From: Antedon mediterranea
Taxonomy: Eukaryota; Animalia; Echinodermata
DNA length: 64,000 bases
Assembly (NCBI RefSeq): GCF_964355755.1
Contig: NC_092680.1
Span: 17,803,045-17,867,044 of the forward strand
Direction of reading: 5' to 3'
The position numbers and the translations under genes are program-made. This document shows positions 55,854 through 64,000 of this stretch, piece after piece; the first letter of the stretch is position 1; every line of letters starts with the position of its first letter. Below the pieces are notes generated by a model, which did no database searches, was not told the origin of the DNA, and saw only the letters and a program-made list of their open reading frames with translations.

Positions 55854-58800
55854 GTTCATTCTTATATAGCGCATATAAGCAAGCTCTCAATGCGCTGAAA
55901 ATTATTACCCCAGTCATTTCCTGATCAAACACCTATGGAAACATACTCCCATATATGCAGCTAGTAATCAGCACAAAGTTGTGTCTTGATCTAACCGGGT
56001 TCCCAATTATACACCTGGGTGGAGAGAGGCAAACGTAAGTAAAGTATCTTGCCTAAGGATACAAGCAATGCAGCGAGAGTTGGATTCGAACCTCGGTCTA
56101 ACGATCAGTAGTCGAACGTCCAACACACAGCGCCACACGCCCTCACAACAATAATGATTTGGTTTAATGCAGGGTACCTAACGTCCATTTTGGAAAGTTA
56201 CCACACGTATCTTTTGATAAAACATACCTTCCTGTTATGTTAGAGATAATTTATACAGTAGAATATCAAAAAAATACTATTAAAACAAAATTCTATTATT
56301 AATTAACATGATAGTGCTTTTTGTTTTATATTACTCAGTACATAACTACAATTAGCTAGCAAGCATTATTACAAATATCATAAATTGGTTAAAGTTATGT
56401 TGTTAATTTACTGTAGTGTTCTATCTAAAACCAACTAAAGGAATTTCAAAATTTAATTTCAACAAAATAGTAAACATCTTATTTTAATAATTGTGTAAAA
56501 ATATGTTTATAATTAAAAATTAATAAATTAAAAAGCAAGCTATTTAAAAAAGAGAAACACCTAAATAACATCTGATTGACAAACGCCAATCACATTTCCA
56601 AAAGACATCCATGCAAAAAAAAGTCAAGCACAAATAGAGAAGAATGTGAAAAGTAAACCTACATGATGTTTTTCGTCCCCGCCGGCAGACTCCGATGGAC
56701 GTCTGTCCCCCGATACAAACTCAGTATCTGAGTGGTCCTGATGCTGGTGACGTTTACGAAGTTTAAGAGAGTGACGACGGACATTAGGGGAGAACTACAG
56801 AGACAGTGTTGTGATAAAAGTGGAAAGAATAAAGAAATGAAAACGATAGATAAAGGATAAAATACCACAAATACCCCATAATAAAAATATAATATAAGTA
56901 CCGTAATTTTTGTTAGAAAGAATTATAGGATAAAGATACACTGGCCCTCTTAACTTGATTGTAAATTATTATCAAAAAAATCATATTGCAATAAATATGT
57001 TACTTAAACAATTAATTTATCAACCAAGATAAAAATAACAATATTTATGGCTAGCCTTTGTTTGGTGATAAATTTAAGGATTTGAATATATTATCGTCAA
57101 TAAATCACACCTACTAATTTTTTCATTTTTTTTCATTTTTTTTTTTTTGGAAGTTGACAACATAAGTATAGCGTAAGGATGACAGTGCATCTTACTCAAG
57201 TTTTAATTGTGAACACCACTATCTGGTTCAATATTTTACCCACTTGTATCAATTTATAATAGTGTATTTCAAGAATACAGACTTGTGAATGATTGATATG
57301 TCATGCTCTGATGTAGGCTGCATGCTAATTATGTACCCATCTCATACAAAAAATAAATTATGAGAGCATGGACCTATATGGTGAGAGGTATACCCACAAC
57401 CTGTGCCCTTGTATCATTTAAAAAATGTACAGTGTATGCACTATAATTTATTAATTGAAAAATGTACCTGTTGTTTTTCTGATTTGCGTTTTGGCACCAG
57501 CGTACACTCTAAGATAAGATAGCCTAATTCATCATTACTACTTTCATCTTCCAAGGGGAATTCCTTGATAGCTGTGCTATATAATAAATCAGATTTAACA
57601 GAAATAGTTTTAAAAAGTCCTCAATAATGATTATAAGAAGTAATACATTAAAGCTTGTGTTACGCTCTATCTACACTGTCATGTGACAAAAAAGTGTGAT
57701 GTACGCAAATGTGGTAGTGATATGCCCAAATATGGTAGTGATATGATATCATCATGTCCATATATGGGCACATCACATTTTTTTGTCACATAAAGTTTGA
57801 TAGTGTAGACAGAGCTTAACAGTGTAAAGAAAAAGAAAATTTTTTCGAGAATTACAACTAAACTTTATTGGATTTTAAAAAAATGGAATTGTATAAAAAA
57901 GTTAACATAATTAACCAAGATTCAATATCTCTTTCCTTAAATACAAAAATAGATTATACTCTTTATATAACTGACTTAGCAATTACAGAGAGTGATTGAG
58001 GGACATGTGCTATTTAAGTCTCAGTCCATATTAAAGATACAGACTCAAGGTTTTAATAAGCTTTTGTGATGTCATCAATATATTGATTATAAAAATTGTT
58101 TATTTACAAATAAAATTACTTACGCTGAAGGTTGTAAAGATGATGGGTAGAATTGAGCCGAGCCCATAAAGTCATCAGAGACCGGACCCCTGTCGTAGTC
58201 GTAAACTAAAATCATGATTGGATCATTGACATCGTGAATGTTAAGCGTTAGCCTCTCATCCCAGACTGGGTTCAGATTTTTGCTAATTGTTTTGCTTTTG
58301 TATTGTTGTTTGCCATGCATAATAAATTTCACATACGGGTCACTAGTACCTATCAAATAAATATAAATAATCAAGTATTTAGGCATATGTACATTAAATA
58401 CATCTTTTTTTCTCACATAGCTGTCTTCATTTAGAAAAAACGTACCACCATGATCTATTATATTGAAAACCAACATACACAGTATAGTATAATAACATAG
58501 AAAAAATGTTGCAATATGCCACTTTTTTTAGCTGACAGGGACTCAATGCTGTATATCTTCTTCAATGAACTTTGTGAGTGAATGAATGAGTGTTGTCAGA
58601 CCAACCAACAGAAGGCAAGTTATACTGTAACTAACAATTTTGCCGAAGGGCTATGCGGTAGGTAAATCATGGTACATTGGTGAATTAAAATAGGCCTCAG
58701 CAGTACGTCGTATACAGGACTCTCCTAACATCATAGTAGGCCTTCTGTTTAAGATCATTGTTAATTTACAACAACACAATCATATTCTTTCTATATTACA

Positions 58801-61800
58801 AAACAGATCTACAGTATAGATTAAATAAGTTTAACGTTTTGTAATTTTCAAGTGAGATAATTAGTAAAACTCCTTCAGCCAGTCACAATTGTACGTCCAC
58901 AACTAATAAGCACAAATACTACAATTGCAAAACGTGAAAACACTTAATCTTTCTCCCCGTCTTTCTCACTCGGTCTAAATGGTTTTGACACTATAGTTTT
59001 TAAACTAATAGTCATTATGATACAATCAATAAAGTTTATGTAAAGAACATTTTAGCTACACATAATCAGTTATAATTAAAGTTATCTGATTCTACATCAA
59101 GCACAGTGGATTTCATAAATTATTATGAAGTGGATTTGCTATCAGATTTATTACGCCATTCAAAGTGCATTTAGCATACCACGCGTGATATTTGATAATA
59201 AACAATCAGATCTATTCTAAGCTTTACAAAATTATACGGTTAGCATGCATAATCAACATATATCAATCTATTGACATTGTGTATTTACAATCGTGTAACC
59301 TTACTGCTGTTTAAATCTATCTCTAAATTGAAACAAAAAAAAAGGATATGAAGGAATGTTTACAAAATATGCAAAACTCAAGAATAAATAATATTCACAA
59401 CAAAATGAATTAATTCAATTGCCTTCAGTAATTTTAAGTGGGTAGATATACATTTATTCATATTTTTAATGTAATGGTTTTTCGGCTGAAAAAGATGGTT
59501 TTACCATGGAAGAAATATATAGATATATATTTCCGTCATGGTTTCACAATCATTTCACTGACAAAAGCAAATTATAATGGAAGTGTCCCTTCCCATTGAC
59601 AGTCCTGGTACTGTAAAAGAGCTGCAATATACTATATACCGGTGCCAGCAGGAACACACATATAACTTTTCATATACATGAATTGGAATTAATTTTATTT
59701 ATTATGAGTTAAAAAATAACAAAAACTAAAATTGCTAAAGAAGTATCAAAATACTTATGTATAGCAATTTCTCTTGTAAACAATTCCTAATAGACTGTTA
59801 TAGAGAGCATAGTGATTTTTGGCAAACCATCGTCTAAACCACTTAAAACATCATCAGGTTCATCATCATATGCAATCTCTCTAATTAGCTAACCTTCATA
59901 CAATTATTGTCATAACTACCTTGTCATATTAAATTACAATTTGAATATATACAATATTCATTATTATAATCATAAGCTCCAAGTCAAGTTAATTTTCTAT
60001 TAATAGCAGCCTGTATAATTAATAATGAAGAGTAGGCCTACTGTTGCAGTATAGTAATTCAGGTATCATCTGATGGTGATACTACACAAATCAAAAAATG
60101 TATTATTTCAATTATTCCAATTAATCGTTGTCATACAGTATATCATATTCATTGTTTCTTATTGTAAAGAGAACAAGACAAAAAGAATTTTTTTTAATAC
60201 ATCATTTAAACAACACAGTATCTATACTGATACAATACAAAACAAACAAAAAAAACATTTAAAAAATGGATTAATTATTGATTCTAAGGGCCTGTTCAGA
60301 CCTACGGAGTTATGTTTTCGTATTGTACGCGGCGTATAACTCCATAGGTCTGAACCAGGAAAAGATTAGTGGAAGCCACCTCGTACGACACTGATCTTTC
60401 GTTCGTTACGACAGCTCAAGGTATAGGATTAGTGAACTCCGCTTACGATACGAAAGTCATGTATCAACGATTTTGACCTCTAACCAATCAAATTTACTCC
60501 TGCATACCAGATGTTCACCCAAATCGGTGACAATTCAGTTTGAAACGAAAGCGTTAGGTAGAAAAATCTCAACACTTTGCTGTTACGATGCTAATTATAT
60601 GACATTGCTTGCGATACGAAAGCATAACTCCATAGATCTGAACATACCCTAATTTATTTGTCTATTCTATAGCATACACAATTGCACAATTGCAAATGGT
60701 TGTGTCCTTGACAAACACTATGAAAATAGGTTAAAACAATTTCATATTTGGCAATTGCAAAAGTATTATTAAATATAAATAAAAGATTTTACAGTGACAC
60801 CCTGATAAAATATTCACTCATTCACTCTCCAACAATATATAGGCCTACACTACAAGGTACATAACATTAAATGTGACATTTTATGTGGGACCCTAGGCTA
60901 TACTGTCCACAAACAGGAAATTTAATACTTTTATTTGACAGTAAAAGTAACAGAAGACACCCCAAATCCAAAAAAGTGTGATGTGTCCAAATAAGGTAGT
61001 GGTATACCCAAATAAGGTAGTGGTATACCCAAATAAGGTAGTGGTATACCCAAATATGGTAGTGATATGATATCATCCTGTCCATATATGGGCACATCAC
61101 ATTTTGTTTGTCACATAAGTTTTATAGTGTAAGGTTTGCTAAACATGTACAGTATACTTGTCAATGACAGGTATGGAGTGCAAAATGTTCTTTGAATGAC
61201 ACAATACACATATCCATAATGAATGTAGTATTACCTTTTGGGAAACATTAAGTATACATAATTTATGGCTTTAGTGACTTAATTGAGGCTCAAATTGTAA
61301 ACTAATTAATAAGTTGTTGAATAATAACTTTATCTAGGGAATGGTTTCTATCTACAAAAAACAATTCTTGTTTTAATATGATGTGAATAAATTACACAGG
61401 TTGAAGATAAATAAGCTTCAGTTTCTTACTTTAATTTTACTTTCATAAGGAAAAGACTAAAAATGTGACTATAGGTATACTCAAAAGAAATCCTTTCTTT
61501 ACTATAATATCGTGTGGTACTTTTAAAAACAATCTTCTAGACTAATATTAGGGTTTTAATGATGAAATAAACAACACAACTTTAGCCTTCTGAACGCGCT
61601 ATAAGCTTGGAAAAAACATTTAAAAATGATTTGCAGTATATACCTAGTGGGTGCAATAGGTCACACAGACGACAGCATTTTTCTGGCAGCAATTTTTACA
61701 AATATGATATATCAGTTGTTTCAAATGCCATTTATAAAGCTTTAAAGATATGATTTGAAGTAAGTATTATATTTTTTAAGGATTTAATGTCAAAGGAATA

Positions 61801-63030
61801 TTATATTACAGAGAAAAATGATTTCATTGGCGATTTCTAACTCTACAATGATTTTAAGAAGATTTGTCAGATGTTTTAAATTACATTATCATAGCTTCCA
61901 AAATGATACATTGAAGTATGATAGCAAGTTAAAAATCTAAGTCACTTTATATGTCAGTTATGAATAGCAATGTGGAAGGACTGAACCAAGTTCTACTATG
62001 ATATATATTACAATTTAACATTTTTTTTTTCATTTTTTGGGGTTTCTTTTCTCTTTTTATATGTGAATAAAATATTATTTTTTTGTTACAGAAGTGAATA
62101 CTCAATTTCTGTCACTTTAGTTAACTTTATTGCTAAGGTCAAGTCTGGGGGTCACTTCATCACCCTAGATGTTTCAAGTGTGAAGTATCCTATTACAAAC
62201 ACAAACTTTAATGGACTGTTTCAATAATAATTCAATGAATATATCTGACAGTGAATTACAGTCAAAAGTCAGTATTACAGTCAAATGGGACTCATAAATA
62301 CCAGAAATGCTTTGGGATTTGTAATTTTAGCATGACATGTCCTAATAGACTTTTTTCCCAGACGTTTTTGGGTCTTGCAGCTGGAAATCTATAAATTATA
62401 GTGGAGTTTCCATTTTTGCAAAACTGTCGTCCTTAGGACTATAACTGCTGCTTGCTTTAGCTTCTGATTGAGTAGTCCTAATGGGACGTAGCGGGCTAGA
62501 GCAGCAGCGTGAAAAAGATTATAACTATGTTTTGCATCAGTTGTGCAATACAACATTGTAGTCCAGTCTTGATCAGATCAGTGAATGTCGATAGCCTCCA
62601 AACAAGATATTGTCTATTGACAATTGATGGTCAAATAGTTCCTATTTTTCTAAATTTCTCAGTCATTATCTTGTACAGTACTGTACACTGTTAAAGTATC
62701 TGTGTCAGAAAAAAATCTTACTTACCACTTTTATCTCTAATTGCAAGGTTTCGTCCTTCTTTCAACAAAATTTCCAGTTCGTAATATAAATCAGAGGGGG
62801 GAATGGCAATCATTGGATTGGCCATCTCTATACCATCTGACCCACTTTGCACTTCTTGCCCTTCTGGATTTGATATCTCTATTGATGGTGACTTTTCTGT
62901 TAGTTTCTCTTGTTGCCCTTCTGATGTCTTTCCCTCACCAGCTGCCCCATTTTGTTGCGGTTCTGATGTATGTTTTGGTAATTCTTCTTCCTCTTTTATG
63001 CTTTCAGTGTCTGAATCTTTCACTTTTTTC
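29345..63030 (-). CDS. MCTP: Multiple C2 and transmembrane domain-containing protein (MCTP1/2 family), 5'-partial
   Basis: Core exons: 63030-62726 ([18 protein letters not shown]), 58349-58124 ([23 protein letters not shown]2A), 57576-57468, 45093-44917 ([23 protein letters not shown]2B), 43442-43312, 42819-42633, 41740-41686, 40825-40787, 40046-39944 ([12 protein letters not shown]2C), 39206-39104, 38651-38550, 38205-38131, 37666-37547 (SCFQWES), 37117-36992 (TM), 34730-34680 (acidic), 31686-31580, 31017-30908 ([23 protein letters not shown]), 30445-30348 ([23 protein letters not shown]), 29410-29345 ([13 protein letters not shown]). Confidence 0.95.
29778..29921. mobile_element. MITE family A
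   Basis: Both TIRs and one internal unit. Confidence 0.85.
30096..30337. mobile_element. Foldback/hairpin element in the last MCTP intron
   Basis: Outer arms gcaagcaaggaaatctaacaacaggacgctgagctc / gagctcactatcctgttgttaaattgccttgctgc; inner arms tggctgcgaca / tgtcgcagcca. Flanked by a 10-bp direct repeat atgcacttac / atgtacttac. Confidence 0.7.
31341..31545. mobile_element. hAT-type MITE family E
   Basis: TIR CAGTGGCGTAACG / CGTTACGCCACTG; 8-bp TSD ggtaaatc / ggtcaatc. Confidence 0.88.
32311..32452. mobile_element. MITE family A
   Basis: Both TIRs and two internal units. Confidence 0.85.
33357..33475. repeat. 19-nt minisatellite, about 6 copies
   Basis: (gaaagacagatacaaatcg)n. Confidence 0.9.
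35905..35992 (+). mobile_element. tRNA-like SINE head (reverse copy at about 7000-7072)
   Basis: TAGCTTGGTGGttaacatgcttgccttccaatcc..GGTTCCATCC. The same sequence is inverted at 7000-7072. No complete cloverleaf is evident. Confidence 0.6.
37304..37488. mobile_element. hAT-type MITE family E, one end truncated
   Basis: cagtgacgtaatgcagag..ggcccctggtttag...gggtttagccagtgagcactcatagc. Confidence 0.75.
39270..39420 (-). mobile_element. 3' half of the same SINE family
   Basis: tttatactgggtgacctcttcagtcaaagactg...aaagatgtactaggttctttaaagtgcac. Confidence 0.7.
40845..41249. repeat. 3x ~135-nt tandem repeat
   Basis: Unit aattatgca.aaaacgtt...aggtcaaaggtca...gaaagatggcttcaa; periods 136 and 134. 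Confidence 0.9.
41293..41360. mobile_element. MITE family A, internally deleted
   Basis: agctctgtctacactatc joined to catgatgatgtcatatcactaccatatttgggcat. Confidence 0.7.
41882..42032. mobile_element. MITE family A
   Basis: Both TIRs; the right flank is TAA. Confidence 0.85.
43583..44900. repeat. 1.3-kb polypurine (GA-rich) low-complexity tract in MCTP intron
   Basis: Almost only G and A, with blocks such as gaggaggaggaaatggaaa and ggggaagggaaa. It produces the spurious 471 and 507 aa ORFs. Confidence 0.95.
46176..46479. mobile_element. Non-autonomous DNA transposon with TTAA TSD (Kolobok-like)
   Basis: TTAA-AGATGTATTGTCCC ... GGGACAATATATCT-TTAA. Confidence 0.75.
46926..47092. mobile_element. 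MITE family A (PIF/Harbinger/Tourist-like), intact reference copy
   Basis: TIRs AGCTCTGTCTACACTATCAA / TTGATAGTGTAGACAGAGCT with TAA on both sides. The interior carries a 21-nt unit (cccaaatatggtagtgatatg-like). Confidence 0.85.
50944..51351. mobile_element. Tc1/mariner(pogo)-type MITE with subterminal minisatellite
   Basis: Ends ctgtatatcctcaggtat / ataccagaggatatacgg-TA. Tandem (tatcc)tcaggt(a/c)taatcccac units span 50950-51125. Confidence 0.65.
52350..52507. mobile_element. hAT-type MITE family E
   Basis: TIR CAGTGGCGTAA / TTATGCCACTG with a perfect 8-bp TSD AATGTATA (52342-52349 and 52508-52515). Confidence 0.9.
55823..56142 (-). mobile_element. tRNA-derived SINE, second full-length copy
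   Basis: Collinear with 27883-28186; B box GGTTCGAATCC; (TTA)n tail. Confidence 0.85.
57664..57816. mobile_element. MITE family A
   Basis: Both TIRs and two internal units; the right flank is TAA. Confidence 0.85.
60288..60649. mobile_element. Harbinger-like MITE family D
   Basis: TIRs gggcctgttcagacctacggagttatg / cataactccatagatctgaacataccc with a TAA target-site duplication. An extra internal copy of the right TIR lies at about 60337-60357. Confidence 0.8.
60970..61131. mobile_element. MITE family A, truncated, with variant 21-nt units
   Basis: Tandem cccaaataaggtagtggtata units, then the core and a partial right TIR. Confidence 0.8.
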
Positions 63031-64000
63031 CTAATAAATGAGGGCTAAAAAGAGAAGAAAAAGAAACGATTAATATGACTTTTCCCTATCAGAAAAACAT
63101 GACTTTTCCCTAATACTATTAAAAAAACAATACACTGATGTCACACTACCATATCTGTTACACAGTAAGCATGGTTTCACATTAGCTCAATATCTAACAT
63201 TCCTTGTCCAAACTGGTTTTATGAGAAATGTGAACTTGAATTTAATGTTTCAGCTTCTCAATTGCAATTTGTATCAACTTTGACAATTGGAAGATGGAGT
63301 ATACATGACAACCATTACAATTCAACATAAATAATTAGATTATATTAAAAGCATTGTTATTTTTGTACTGCAAATTTTGTGCAATTATTTTAAAATAAAA
63401 CATAGAACTCTATTCTATATAGTATAATCATAAAGACACTAGAATACACAACAATTCTATGCTATAGTTTAGAATTTCTTGTACAACCAACAATAGCAAA
63501 ATGTTGCGAGTTGAACCAATGTATTTTCTCACATGTTTTCTAGTATGTACTTTCCCAAACTTTTTTTCTAGCCCAAAATGTATAGGGTTTTGTCGAAAGT
63601 CTGGTTTTTAAATTTATTTTGAATGGCAAAACATGGAATTCAAGACCTTTGGAAACTACGAAATTGAGACGCATGTTTTGCAATTTTCAGAGTCTGTAAT
63701 CACTTCAGAGTATACTGTAGATTAAGTGTAATAATGTTATCTGTAGGCCTAGCATAGAGATATTTCACTATAATATCTCTATGGTTACAGCTAATTATAC
63801 GACATCTCTGTAGGATCTATCTTCCTTTGCTCTATCTATGTCAAACCCATTTTCAGAAACCTGAATACTAGACTTAATTAACCTAATGTAATCAACACAT
63901 AGCACTATTAGTAATCTTGATTAGATAAGGTACAGTGTTTGTGCTATAGCTAAAGGTCACTGTACTTCTTTTAAGGTAAACATGTCAAGTTTGTTTGTTG

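Overview
AT-rich, intron-rich genomic DNA from an invertebrate animal (a deuterostome such as an echinoderm is plausible but cannot be established here). It holds three spliced protein-coding genes, read by hand from GT-AG boundaries. A Bloom-syndrome RecQ helicase (BLM, minus strand, ATG 20694) has 18 coding exons traced down to 3683 and probably continues off the left edge. A complete RPL36 (plus strand, 108 aa, TCT/5'TOP first exon at about 21724) lies head-to-head with BLM. The 3' part of an MCTP gene (multiple C2 and transmembrane protein, minus strand) runs from 63030 to a stop at 29345 and starts beyond the right edge. Introns are full of non-autonomous elements: PIF/Harbinger-, hAT-, Kolobok- and Tc1/mariner-type MITEs, several tRNA-derived SINE families, a CR1 3' end, minisatellites and a 1.3-kb polypurine tract. 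The most notable observations are: (1) a short dispersed repeat carrying a minimal Penelope/retrozyme-type hammerhead ribozyme motif; (2) a foldback insertion that appears to have duplicated an MCTP splice donor; (3) a 4x51-nt tandem array of a BLM splice acceptor, where every upstream decoy leads to a stop; (4) frame-preserving cassette exons, microexons and a probable internal start exon in MCTP. All exon coordinates are manual and no database searches were run.
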